Positions 46,108-55,279 of a DNA stretch of 64,000 bases are shown piece by piece. Location: positions 40,365-104,364 of the forward strand of contig CAZJFG010000001.1 of NCBI GenBank assembly GCA_964545385.1, read 5' to 3'. The notes under the pieces are model-generated. The model saw nothing but the letters and a program-made list of their open reading frames with translations, made no database searches and was not told where the DNA came from. A program made the position numbers and the translations under genes. The DNA is from an uncultured Gammaproteobacteria bacterium. Lineage in GTDB: Bacteria > Patescibacteriota > Microgenomatia > UBA1406 > GWC2-37-13. Numbering within the stretch: the first letter of the stretch is position 1; each line of letters opens with the position of its first letter.

Positions 46108-46789
46108 AACGTCTTTGGCGATTCATGTAGTCTTTTACACACGTTTCAAAATTGTCAGGAGTAAAGTCAGGAAAATATTTATCAACAAAAATCAATTCAG
46201 AGTACTGAGACTGCCAAAGCATAAATCCGGATAACCGTTTCTCCCCTCCCGGCCGGATAATAAGATCGGGATTTGGATAAGGTAAATTTTTTGTATCCAA
46301 TAAATCTTCAAATACTTTTTTTGATAAATTCTGAGCCTTGAGCTTTGAGTTTTGGACTTGCCGTGCTGCTCGTAATATTTCGTCCTGCCCGCCATAGTCT
46401 AAGGCAATAACCAAATAGTGTTTGTTGAATTTTTTTGTCTTTTCTTCAGCATCTTCTATTTTTTTTCGAAGTATTTCGCCGATTCTATCTTTCCTCCCGA
46501 TATGAATAATCCTTATTTCATCTTCCATGGCTTCTTTTAAATACTGGCCGACAAGAAAGGAAAAAATATTCATCAGATGGTTAATCTCTTTTTTTGACCG
46601 ACTCCAGTTTTCGGTTGAAAAAGCCCAAAGAGTAAGTATTTTTATGCCCATCTTTCGAGCTCGACGACCGATTTTAAGCGCCTGTTCATAACCTTTTTTA
46701 TGACCTTCTACGGTTGTAAGATTTTTTTTACGAGCCCAGCGGCGATTGCCATCCGGAATAATTGCCACGTGTTTTGGAAGTTTGTCCAT
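46097..46789 (-). CDS. uppS: Di-trans,poly-cis-undecaprenyl-diphosphate synthase
   Basis: HVAIIPDGNRRWA, FSTENWSR, IRPGGEKRLSGFMLWQSQYSEL. Confidence 0.93.
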   Translation of the reverse strand: MDKLPKHVAIIPDGNRRWARKKNLTTVEGHKKGYEQALKIGRRARKMGIKILTLWAFSTENWSRSKKEINHLMNIFSFLVGQYLKEAMEDEIRIIHIGRKDRIGEILRKKIEDAEEKTKKFNKHYLVIALDYGGQDEILRAARQVQNSKLKAQNLSKKVFEDLLDTKNLPYPNPDLIIRPGGEKRLSGFMLWQSQYSELIFVDKYFPDFTPDNFETCVKDYMNRQRRFGR

Positions 46790-46848
46790 TTTATATATTA
46801 TAACTCTATTGACTTAAGAAATCATTTTTATTAGACTCTAAATTAGTT

Positions 46849-47145
46849 ATGATCTATGCCCTTACGATTAATGAAAGTAATTTTGCGCCGGCCAAATTTA
46901 AAAACATCGCATCATTTATAAACATTATTCTTCCAATTCTCATGAGTGGTGCAGCAATGGTTTTTTTAATCATGGCTCTTTTTGGCGCAATTACCTGGTT
47001 AACCTCAGGCGGCAACTCGGAAAATCTGGCTAAAGCCAGTAAAACTTTTATCAACGCCATTATCGGTCTTATTATCGTTGTTTTTGCTTATGCTCTTACT
47101 AATATTATCGGACATCTGTTAAACGTTCAAATTTTGCCGCAATGA
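46849..47145 (+). CDS. Small two-TM T4SS-pilin-like protein
   Basis: TM, then TSGGNSENLAKASKTFINAIIG, then TM. Confidence 0.6.
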   Translation: MIYALTINESNFAPAKFKNIASFINIILPILMSGAAMVFLIMALFGAITWLTSGGNSENLAKASKTFINAIIGLIIVVFAYALTNIIGHLLNVQILPQ

Positions 47146-47489
47146 GATTAATCGCCAACGATGTCTCAAATATTTTTGGTACGGTCGCACCTCCTGTTTC
47201 TACTGTCCCTACAGAAGCCTCAAGTGCCATTGGTAGTTTAATCTCTTTGGGACTTAAGATTTTTATTTTTATAGCAGCCGTTGCTCTTTTGATATATTTG
47301 TTGCTTGGTGCCTTCGAATGGATTATCTCAGGCGGTGAAAAAGAGAAATTATCCAAAGCCCAAGGAAAAATCACCAATGCACTTATCGGAATTATTGTAA
47401 TTATCCTTGTTTTGAGTGTTTTCTGTCTTGTCACTCAAAATATCTTGGGATGGGGAAGCTGTTTTGAATTTCCTCTTCCTAACTTATAA
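47142..47489 (+). CDS. Small two-TM T4SS-pilin-like protein (tandem paralog)
   Basis: TM, then ISGGEKEKLSKAQGKITNALIG, then TM. ATGA overlap with the preceding paralog. Confidence 0.6.
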   Translation: MRLIANDVSNIFGTVAPPVSTVPTEASSAIGSLISLGLKIFIFIAAVALLIYLLLGAFEWIISGGEKEKLSKAQGKITNALIGIIVIILVLSVFCLVTQNILGWGSCFEFPLPNL

Positions 47490-48459
47490 TTCTTGCGCCT
47501 TCGCTTGGTTTATTAGCAATAAGACTCCGTATAAACGGTTGATTTTTTAATTGCTTGATTAGTTCTTTTTCGTTTTTACCTTCGGTAATCAAATAAGGAT
47601 GCGGTCCGGCATCAATCGTAAAAAAAACAGGCAATCCTTTTTCTCTTAAATTTTGCGTTAATTTCATAATCCCAACTGTTTCCGGCTGCCAATAAATCAA
47701 AGATGGAGTCGATGTCAACATGATAGAGTGCATTTCCAGAGATTCGTTTTCAACGATCTGGCCAAACTGTAAAAAATTTCTCATTTTGATTGACTGTTTA
47801 ATTGTAGCGACTTTTTTCTCGATTTTTTCAAGCCGGACCGGAAAAAAAGGACTGGTTTTGGTAAGTTTATGACCTTTGGTTGAACTTATTTTTTTTTCAC
47901 TGTCTGAAACCAATACGGCAATGATTGATAAATCCCAATAATCTTGCGGGAAAATTGAAAAAGCATATGAACTATTGTCATCTTCTCCTTTTTGCCATTC
48001 TACAAAACCATCAGGAATTGACCGGCAGGCCGATCCGGAACCAAGCCGAGCGAGCTTTGAAAGTTCTTTTTCCGAAATATTTAATCCGGTTGCGGCGACT
48101 GCAGCCTGGGTGAGCGCGGCAAAACCGGAAGCTGATGAAGCAAGACCAGAAGCGGTCGGAAAGTTGTTCTCTGTTTCTACTTTAGCCTTATAGTTAATAT
48201 CCGCTATCTTTCTTACCCGATCAAGATGGCTGATAATTCTTTCTATTCCTTTTTGTTTTTTTTGATGGTTTAAAAAAAACTCGTCTGTCAAAAAATCTTT
48301 GGAAAACTCGACGGTTGTTTTTGTATAAATACCGCTAAGGTTAACAGAAACACTGCTGTTTGCTGGAAGTCTAAGTTTTTCGTCTTTTTTTCCCCAATAT
48401 TTAATTAATGCGATATTGGACGGAGCAACGGATGTTTTTTTCATAAAATTATTTTTCAA
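47479..48459 (-). CDS. mvaD: Diphosphomevalonate decarboxylase
   Basis: APSNIALIKYWGK, GLASSASGFAAL, GSGSACRS. Confidence 0.9.
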   Translation of the reverse strand: MKNNFMKKTSVAPSNIALIKYWGKKDEKLRLPANSSVSVNLSGIYTKTTVEFSKDFLTDEFFLNHQKKQKGIERIISHLDRVRKIADINYKAKVETENNFPTASGLASSASGFAALTQAAVAATGLNISEKELSKLARLGSGSACRSIPDGFVEWQKGEDDNSSYAFSIFPQDYWDLSIIAVLVSDSEKKISSTKGHKLTKTSPFFPVRLEKIEKKVATIKQSIKMRNFLQFGQIVENESLEMHSIMLTSTPSLIYWQPETVGIMKLTQNLREKGLPVFFTIDAGPHPYLITEGKNEKELIKQLKNQPFIRSLIANKPSEGARIIS

Positions 48460-49360
48460 TTCTTACACCTTGAGCATTGGTATCAACTTCTATTACCTGA
48501 CCAAGGACTGAACCAATTGCTGAAACAACTTTAGATTTTTTTTCATCCGAAACCAAAGCAACCATACAGTCACCGCCGCCTGCACCAGACAGTTTGGCGC
48601 CATAGGCTCCGGCACCAACTGCAGCCTGACACATTCTATCCAGTTTTTCCGTACTCACCTCAAGACTCTGTAATAGTCTATGGTTTTCGTTCATCAAGCT
48701 TCCGACTTTTTTCCAATTGCTTGTTAATAGTTCTTTTTTTGCCTCCTCAACTATCGAAACAATCTTGTCAAATATTTCTTCAGTTTTTAGCTTTGAATTT
48801 TGAGCTTTGAGTTTCAATTGTTTTACAATCGATGGTGTATCGGCCTTTATTCCCGAATAACCGATTACCAAGTTTATTTTTTTTAAAGATAAGGGTTCGA
48901 TTTTTTTTCCAGCGGTCAAAAAATAGACAGTCCCTCCATAAGTGGCTGCTGCGATATCAAATCCCGAACCGACACCTTGAACTTCCAAAGTGATTTTATA
49001 ACCCAAGTCAAAAATTTCTTTTTGGGAGAGATTAATATTATAAAGTTTGGCCAGTGCGGCCAAAAGGGCAACGGTTACGGCCGATGAAGAACCAAAACCA
49101 TATTGACAAGAAAAGTCACTTTTGGTTCTTATTGATAAACCGTTACCTGTTTTGAATCTGTCTTTAAAAAACCTTAAAGTTTCTTCAACGAAACGAACAT
49201 CTTTTACTTGTGGTGCATCGATCCTGAAACGTCCCGGAGTTTTTTCAAGTTCAATATGAATTCTTGAGGAAACGGCGGTCACAATACATGGTCTATCATA
49301 AACAACTGCATGTTCGCCAAAAAGCATTAGTTTTCCGGGTGCCGATACTTTAATTTTCAT
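48449..49360 (-). CDS. GHMP-family kinase of the mevalonate pathway (second kinase; probable phosphomevalonate kinase or a second mevalonate kinase)
   Basis: SAPGKLMLFGEHAVVY, GFGSSSAVTVA, GAKLSGAGGGDC. Confidence 0.75.
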   Translation of the reverse strand: MKIKVSAPGKLMLFGEHAVVYDRPCIVTAVSSRIHIELEKTPGRFRIDAPQVKDVRFVEETLRFFKDRFKTGNGLSIRTKSDFSCQYGFGSSSAVTVALLAALAKLYNINLSQKEIFDLGYKITLEVQGVGSGFDIAAATYGGTVYFLTAGKKIEPLSLKKINLVIGYSGIKADTPSIVKQLKLKAQNSKLKTEEIFDKIVSIVEEAKKELLTSNWKKVGSLMNENHRLLQSLEVSTEKLDRMCQAAVGAGAYGAKLSGAGGGDCMVALVSDEKKSKVVSAIGSVLGQVIEVDTNAQGVRIEK

Positions 49361-50288
49361 AAATTAGTCCTTGATAATCTTGTTTGAATTTATAAAAGCG
49401 TAAATTTTTTTTTGCCAAAATATCATTCAGTTCTTTTCCTTTTTTAGAATAAAATAATATGAAACCAGAACCTATCTTTTTACCGCCGGCACCTGTTACC
49501 TTTCCGGCACCGAAACTCGTCAGATCATCCAAAAGATCTTTGGTTTTTTTGGACACTACTTTCAACCGTTCAAGATAGGTTTGATTATCGGCAATGTTTT
49601 TGGAAAAAAAGTTGGCGTCCTCTTTTACAATCGCAACTGTCATCTTTTTGGTTATTTTTTCCATACTTGATAAAATATCATTTATAATTTTTGGCTTTTT
49701 ATTATACAATTTTCCAACCGCCAAAACCATATCGGCGGTTGATTCCGCCGCTTTTCCACTATCAATAATGTAGAGATTTTCCTCGATTTTTTCGGGAATT
49801 TTAAAATTTAGACTGGAAATATTTTTTAAAAACTCAAACTCTTTGCGAAAAAAAATAAGTCCACCAAAGGTCGAAGCGGCGACATCAACGCCGGATGGAT
49901 TTTTGTGAAAGTATTTTTCCGCTTGATAAGCAAGGTTGCTTATTGTTTCTTGTGAGTATTTTTTTCCTGAATAAAACCTTAAAAATGCAGCTGTTGCCGC
50001 AACAGATAGAGCTGCTGATGATCCCAAACCCTGACCAATAGGGATCTCCGATTCAATTTGGCAAGAAAAATTTTTATTTTGGAAATGAATATTTTCTTTT
50101 TTAAGAAACTTTTTCACCAGGTCGGCGATAAAAACTATCGACTTTTTCTCTGTTGATTTAATATCTCCCCAAATGGAAAACCGCAGTCGAAGATTAATCG
50201 CCGAGACCAAACTAGGCTTACCGTAAACCACCGCATGTTCACCGGATAGAATAACTTTGGCCGGTGCGGAACAAACAATTTTTTTCAT
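49350..50288 (-). CDS. mvk: Mevalonate kinase
   Basis: SAPAKVILSGEHAVVYG, GLGSSAALSVA, KVTGAGGKKIG. Confidence 0.8.
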   Translation of the reverse strand: MKKIVCSAPAKVILSGEHAVVYGKPSLVSAINLRLRFSIWGDIKSTEKKSIVFIADLVKKFLKKENIHFQNKNFSCQIESEIPIGQGLGSSAALSVAATAAFLRFYSGKKYSQETISNLAYQAEKYFHKNPSGVDVAASTFGGLIFFRKEFEFLKNISSLNFKIPEKIEENLYIIDSGKAAESTADMVLAVGKLYNKKPKIINDILSSMEKITKKMTVAIVKEDANFFSKNIADNQTYLERLKVVSKKTKDLLDDLTSFGAGKVTGAGGKKIGSGFILFYSKKGKELNDILAKKNLRFYKFKQDYQGLIYEN

Positions 50289-50584
50289 AAGGGTTTGAAT
50301 TTTATACCATAAACAATCACGCCATCAACTGTCCCCTCTCGTACCCGTCGTAAAACTGCTATGACTTTTTTCCCTATTTTTAGATCTTTTTCCTTCCAAT
50401 CAATCATCTGACCATACGCTTTTTCTTTTTTTTCAAACTCGACCATGATAACAGGATATGGAGCATATTTTTTAAAATCTGCGCTCGGTGTAAATATTTT
50501 TGTCCACGTTATTATTTTGCCCTTTTGACCAAGTATTTTTTTTATTTCTTTTTGTCTTCTCCAAATTTTTACCGGACTTATCAT
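50285..50584 (-). CDS. DUF35-type OB-fold protein (thiolase/HMG-CoA synthase scaffold-like, lacking the zinc ribbon)
   Basis: 99 aa with an OB-fold pattern (ITWTKIF...YPVIMVEFE...GQMIDW...GKKV). It sits between the thiolase and kinase genes with 4-nt overlaps. Confidence 0.65.
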   Translation of the reverse strand: MISPVKIWRRQKEIKKILGQKGKIITWTKIFTPSADFKKYAPYPVIMVEFEKKEKAYGQMIDWKEKDLKIGKKVIAVLRRVREGTVDGVIVYGIKFKPL

Positions 50585-50598
50585 ATAAAAAATAATGA

Positions 50599-51750
50599 TT
50601 AAACTCCTAATATTGTTACAACTGCCGTCCCTCCAGAACCGCCTACGTTTTGAGCTAATCCGTATTTAGCATTTTTTACCTGACGACCGATCGCCTGTTT
50701 GCTCAGTTGCAGGTATATTTCACCAATTTGCTTGATGCCGGTTGCACCGACTGGATGCCCGGCCGCTTTCAATCCGCCCGAAGTATTTACTGTCAACATT
50801 GATCCGGAATTAAGCATGGTCATTTTTTTTGTAATTTCTTCTCCGCCTTTTCCTTTCCTCCAAAATCCTAGATCTTCCATGGCTAAAATCTCTGCAATTG
50901 AAAAACAATCATGAACTTCAGCAACAGAGATATCTTTTCTTTCAACCTGAGCCTCGGTAAACGCCTGATCGGCAGCAATTTTGGTTGCAAGAATTTCATC
51001 GAGCCTTTTTCTTGACTTTAAAGAAATTGCATCATTCACTACTTTTGACGAAAAAATTCTTACCGGGCTTTTTATTCTTTTTATAAAATTCTTATTGTTG
51101 GTAATGATTAAAGCTGAAGCACCGTCTGATATGGGTGAACTATCTAGAACCTTCAAAGGTACAGCAATATAAGAGCTTTTTAATACCTGTTCAATCGTAA
51201 TAATATTTCGAAAATGAGCTTTATCATTTAAGCTTCCATGAAAATGGTTTTTGACAGAAACATAGGCTAGATTTTCTTCTGTATAGCGATATTTTTTAAG
51301 ATAGAAGTTAGCCATCATAGCATAAAGCCCGGGAAATGTAAGACCAGTCTCTTGCTCTTCTCCTGATGCGGCTCCAGCCAAGCTTTCAGTTGTTTCTTCA
51401 GGCGAATAGTCCGTCATTTTTTCAGCGCCCAGAACCAAAACCGTTTTATTGGGATTTGCTTCCAAATAATTTTTTGCTAAATTAAAAGCTACTCCACCCG
51501 AAGCGCAGGCTGCTTCAACCCGATAAACTGGAATATTAACTTTAAAAAGCTCGGCTATTTTGGCCGAAGTATGAAGATTATTTTCCAAACGCCCTGCCAA
51601 CATATTGGCAAAAAAAATTGCATCAATCTCACCAATTCCAATTCCGGTATTTTTTAAAGCACCGACTGCCGCTTCCTCGACCAGGTCAAAAAGAGACTTA
51701 TCCCAAAGCTCACCAAATTTTGTTGTGTAATAACTGACTACCGAAATCAT
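50599..51750 (-). CDS. Thiolase (acetyl-CoA C-acetyltransferase, archaeal-like)
   Basis: Active-site context VEAACASGG, C-terminal AEVHDCFS and NTSGGLKAAGHPVGATG. Confidence 0.88.
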   Translation of the reverse strand: MISVVSYYTTKFGELWDKSLFDLVEEAAVGALKNTGIGIGEIDAIFFANMLAGRLENNLHTSAKIAELFKVNIPVYRVEAACASGGVAFNLAKNYLEANPNKTVLVLGAEKMTDYSPEETTESLAGAASGEEQETGLTFPGLYAMMANFYLKKYRYTEENLAYVSVKNHFHGSLNDKAHFRNIITIEQVLKSSYIAVPLKVLDSSPISDGASALIITNNKNFIKRIKSPVRIFSSKVVNDAISLKSRKRLDEILATKIAADQAFTEAQVERKDISVAEVHDCFSIAEILAMEDLGFWRKGKGGEEITKKMTMLNSGSMLTVNTSGGLKAAGHPVGATGIKQIGEIYLQLSKQAIGRQVKNAKYGLAQNVGGSGGTAVVTILGV

Positions 51751-52769
51751 ATTATTTCTAGAAATTTTAAATAAGCCGTGTAATCTATGTACTTTTTTTC
51801 CTTAATCATTTTTTGAAAATTATGACGCCTTTTTTCTAAATTTTTTGTTATGCGGAAAATAAATGCATCTGATCCGGCACCCGATCCATAAGAAGCAAGA
51901 AGAATAAGCTGATCTTTTTTAGCTTTTTCCAAAACCGCAACAAGTCCCATCAAACTTGAGGCAGTATAAGAATTTCCAAGATAATTTGAAACCAATGAGT
52001 TTTCTAATTGAGTTTCCGAAAATCCTAAAATATAAGCAGCTTTTTTTGGAAACTTACTGTTGGGCATGTGAAAAATAACATGAGAAAAATCAGCCTGTGT
52101 CAACTTGTTTTTTTTAATAATTGATCTAACTGCCTGTTCAATATGGTAAAAATAAGAAGGTTTGCCGGAAAACCTTCCGCCGTGTGAAGGATAACGAATG
52201 CCTTCACGACGCCAAAAATCCGGCGTATCCGAAGAAAATGAATAAAAATCAACAAGTTCTAAGATCGGATCAGTTTTACCAACAAGCAAACTGACTGATC
52301 CGGAGGCGGCCGTATACTCAAGCGGGTCGTGAGGTTTGGCCACTCCTTTATCCGAAGCAACTACCAAGCCATAGTTTCCATACCCTGATTTAATCATTCC
52401 AAAAGTAGAAATAAGGGCACCGGTTGCCGCCTTACAGGCAAACTCGGTATCATAGGCCGAATAGTTTTTTTCAATTCCTAAAAATTCAGCCAAAATTGTA
52501 GATGTCGGATTGACAGCATAAGGAGCGGTTTCAGAACCGAAAAAAACTGTTTTGATTTCCTTCTTTTTTGCCTCAAAACCCGATAGGGCCATACTTGCCG
52601 ATTCAAAAGCCATGGTAAGCGCGTCCTCATCTACTCCGCCAACAGCTTTTTCTTCAATCCCCAAAGAATTTATAATATCCAAATAGTTTTTCCCCCAAAC
52701 ACTGGCAATACTTTCGGTTTTGATTCGATATTTTGGTATATAAAATCCGTATGAACAGATGCCCAGCAT
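51747..52769 (-). CDS. Hydroxymethylglutaryl-CoA synthase (archaeal-like short form)
   Basis: YDTEFACKAATGAL (catalytic Cys), FHMPNSKF, SYGSGAGSD. Confidence 0.85.
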   Translation of the reverse strand: MLGICSYGFYIPKYRIKTESIASVWGKNYLDIINSLGIEEKAVGGVDEDALTMAFESASMALSGFEAKKKEIKTVFFGSETAPYAVNPTSTILAEFLGIEKNYSAYDTEFACKAATGALISTFGMIKSGYGNYGLVVASDKGVAKPHDPLEYTAASGSVSLLVGKTDPILELVDFYSFSSDTPDFWRREGIRYPSHGGRFSGKPSYFYHIEQAVRSIIKKNKLTQADFSHVIFHMPNSKFPKKAAYILGFSETQLENSLVSNYLGNSYTASSLMGLVAVLEKAKKDQLILLASYGSGAGSDAFIFRITKNLEKRRHNFQKMIKEKKYIDYTAYLKFLEII

Positions 52770-52771
52770 AT

Positions 52772-53824
52772 TTATCTCCCCAGTTTCTTGTGAGCTTTGG
52801 CCAGACTTCCTTCAGCAAGTGATGCTAAAAGTGAGATTTCTCCGGCCAAAACTGCACCGGCCAAAATCATTGAAAGTTCATCTGCTGTTTTAGCTCCAAC
52901 AATTGATAACGCTTCTTTTTTAATTTTTAGTTTCGTCCCGCCACCTACCAATCCGATCATTAAATCAGGCAAATAAACAGAGACATAAAGATTGTTATTT
53001 TTTACAATTTTCATGGTCGTCATTCCAATACTTCCTTCAACCACATGAGCCATATCTTGGCCTGTTGCCGCAAAAAAAGCAGCAACTACGTTGGCAAAGT
53101 GGGCATTGAATCCTATTGATCCTGTCATGGCCGATCCGATCATGCATTTGGAAAACCAAACATCAAAAAGTTTTTGAGGCGTAGTTTTCAAAACTTTTTC
53201 AATTACTTCCTTTTTTAGAACCGCTTCCGCCCAAACCTTTCTTCCCCGGCCGGAAATAAAATTTAACCAACTGGGTTTTTTATCCACACAAAAATTTCCG
53301 GAAATCGATAAGCATTTTACCTTTGTTTTTATCTCAATTATTCGAATAATCTCTTCTGTGGCGATCGTTACCATATTCATGCCCATTGCTTCATCGGTAT
53401 TAAAATAAAAACGGACATATACATAACAGCCTGTAGTTCGTATTTCAAGTTTTAGTAATTTGAGATGAGAAGAAGTTTTTTCAGCTTCGTTTTTTAACAG
53501 GTTAAAATTTTTGTTTAACCAGTCCTTGAACTTCAAACTTTCTTTAATCCCGGAAGTTTCAAAAACCGGCCCACGGGTTGTTCCGACAAACTCAGTGGCG
53601 GTTGTCGCGCCACCGGATAAATTGATGGCTTTGCATCCGCGATGAACAGAAGCTATCAACGCCCCTTCGGTGGTTGCAAGCGGTATCGAATAGTTACGAA
53701 GATTGCATATTTTCAACGGTCCGGCAACACCCATTGGGATAATGGTTGCACCAATCAAATTCTCACAATGGATCAATTCTTTATTATCATATAAGGCTTT
53801 CCCAATAAGTTTTACTTTACCCAT
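52772..53824 (-). CDS. HMG-CoA reductase, class I catalytic domain (short)
   Basis: CENLIGATIIPMGVAGPL, ATTEGALIAS, DAMGMNMV, LVGGGTK. Confidence 0.9.
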   Translation of the reverse strand: MGKVKLIGKALYDNKELIHCENLIGATIIPMGVAGPLKICNLRNYSIPLATTEGALIASVHRGCKAINLSGGATTATEFVGTTRGPVFETSGIKESLKFKDWLNKNFNLLKNEAEKTSSHLKLLKLEIRTTGCYVYVRFYFNTDEAMGMNMVTIATEEIIRIIEIKTKVKCLSISGNFCVDKKPSWLNFISGRGRKVWAEAVLKKEVIEKVLKTTPQKLFDVWFSKCMIGSAMTGSIGFNAHFANVVAAFFAATGQDMAHVVEGSIGMTTMKIVKNNNLYVSVYLPDLMIGLVGGGTKLKIKKEALSIVGAKTADELSMILAGAVLAGEISLLASLAEGSLAKAHKKLGR

Positions 53825-53901
53825 ATTAATTTAGTCGTTACAGGATTTAAAAACATTTCCTCCTCCACCTCCGGGGTGAAATTCGGATCACCACAACAAC
53901 C

Positions 53902-54504
53902 TTAAATAAAGGGAATTCGAAAGATTTTGAAATAATAAAGAAATACTGAATAAGGAATAAACCAAGCAAAAAATAAAATCATCCAGTAAATAATTTTGTA
54001 AAAATTCGCTTTTGTAGAAAAACGTATCGAAAGAAAAAAAAGAATTAATTTCCAAGCAAGAAGACTAATTGAATAAGCAATAAAAAAAATACTGAATCCT
54101 TTTCCCAAAAGCGAAAATGTACGGGGCGGCGGAACCAAAATATATAAAATTGAATTACTGATAAACCAAACAAGAGTGGGGAAAAGTGAATAAGCAAAGG
54201 TGTAAACAAAACTGCGGAAAAAAATTTTTTTTTCGTTTTTGCCCAATAGATAAAAAAAACTCGTTGTCAAAAAAAAATTAATTGAAAAAACCAAGAAAAT
54301 TAAACTGGCAGGATAAGGATCGCTCCGCAAGAAATATATAAATTTGAAATAAATAAAAACAAGAAAAAAAATTATCGCCAGTTGATAAGGATCGTTTTCA
54401 TTGCTAACTTTACGCATTGTTTTGTAAGGAAACAAAATGAGAAGAAAAAAATTACGGATAACAAGAATTAATGCCGTAACTAGTTTTATAAGTTCAGAAA
54501 CCAT
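53902..54504 (-). CDS. Polytopic membrane protein, function unknown
   Basis: 200 aa with 5-6 hydrophobic helices. Co-directional with the sigma/anti-sigma pair. Confidence 0.6.
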   Translation of the reverse strand: MVSELIKLVTALILVIRNFFLLILFPYKTMRKVSNENDPYQLAIIFFLVFIYFKFIYFLRSDPYPASLIFLVFSINFFLTTSFFYLLGKNEKKIFFRSFVYTFAYSLFPTLVWFISNSILYILVPPPRTFSLLGKGFSIFFIAYSISLLAWKLILFFLSIRFSTKANFYKIIYWMILFFAWFIPYSVFLYYFKIFRIPFI

Positions 54505-54727
54505 ATTGTAATATGGTAGTTAACCTCACCAAAAAATAACCAAAAACAAAATATAGACAAATGGCAACAAAAAAAGATAAAGGAATTATGATAATAAAGG
54601 GGGCAGTCTTAAAATAACTGGAGATTTTTTTATAAAAAGTAGTTGCCGGTTTAAAAAATAAATCATTTGGTTCAATAGAATAAACTTCGTTAAATTTTTT
54701 ATGTAACCGATGATTTATTGTTTTCAT
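54494..54727 (-). CDS. Small single-TM protein, possible anti-sigma factor
   Basis: 77 aa, starting 2 nt after the ECF sigma gene, with a TM near the C-terminus. The assignment is by position only. Confidence 0.4.
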   Translation of the reverse strand: MKTINHRLHKKFNEVYSIEPNDLFFKPATTFYKKISSYFKTAPFIIIIPLSFFVAICLYFVFGYFLVRLTTILQYGF

Positions 54728-54728
54728 A

Positions 54729-55274
54729 TTAGGCGGTTTTAAAAATCTTTATAAATGCCTGCCTTGCCCGAAAAAGCAGACTTTCGGTAGCCTTAAAACT
54801 TAGGTTAAAATTTTGAGCAATCTCGCCGACTTTTGCTTCTTCTATATATTTTTGTCTTAAAACCTTTCGGTAATCATTCGGAAGTCTTAAAAAAACTTTC
54901 TCAATTTTTCTTGTTAAAACTTTTTTTTCAATCTCCTCATCCATCAAAACAATCTTTAACCCTTCAACGACATAATCAGGAAGCATTGAAAAAATTATTT
55001 TTTTTATTTTTTTCTTTCTCATCCAATCGATTGTTTTATTTTTAGCAATGGAAAAAAGAAATGTTTTTAAAGACGATTGGAATCGAAAATCTCGTAAAGC
55101 GTCCAAGAAATCAACAAAACTATCCTGGGTTAGTTCTTCCGAAAGGTGATAATTTTTGGTTTTCCTATAAATAAAATTAAAAACTTGTTTTTGATAGCTG
55201 TTATAAAAAACACGAAAAGCTTTTTCGTCTTTTTTTAGTATTCTTTCAACAATTTCCGACTCATTTAATTTCAT
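54729..55274 (-). CDS. RNA polymerase sigma-70 factor, ECF subfamily
   Basis: Region 2 (FYNSYQKQVFNFIYRKT...EELTQDSFV) and region 4 (LPNDYRKVLRQKYIEEAKVGEIAQNFNLSFKATESLLFRARQ). Confidence 0.88.
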   Translation of the reverse strand: MKLNESEIVERILKKDEKAFRVFYNSYQKQVFNFIYRKTKNYHLSEELTQDSFVDFLDALRDFRFQSSLKTFLFSIAKNKTIDWMRKKKIKKIIFSMLPDYVVEGLKIVLMDEEIEKKVLTRKIEKVFLRLPNDYRKVLRQKYIEEAKVGEIAQNFNLSFKATESLLFRARQAFIKIFKTA

Positions 55275-55279
55275 AAATA

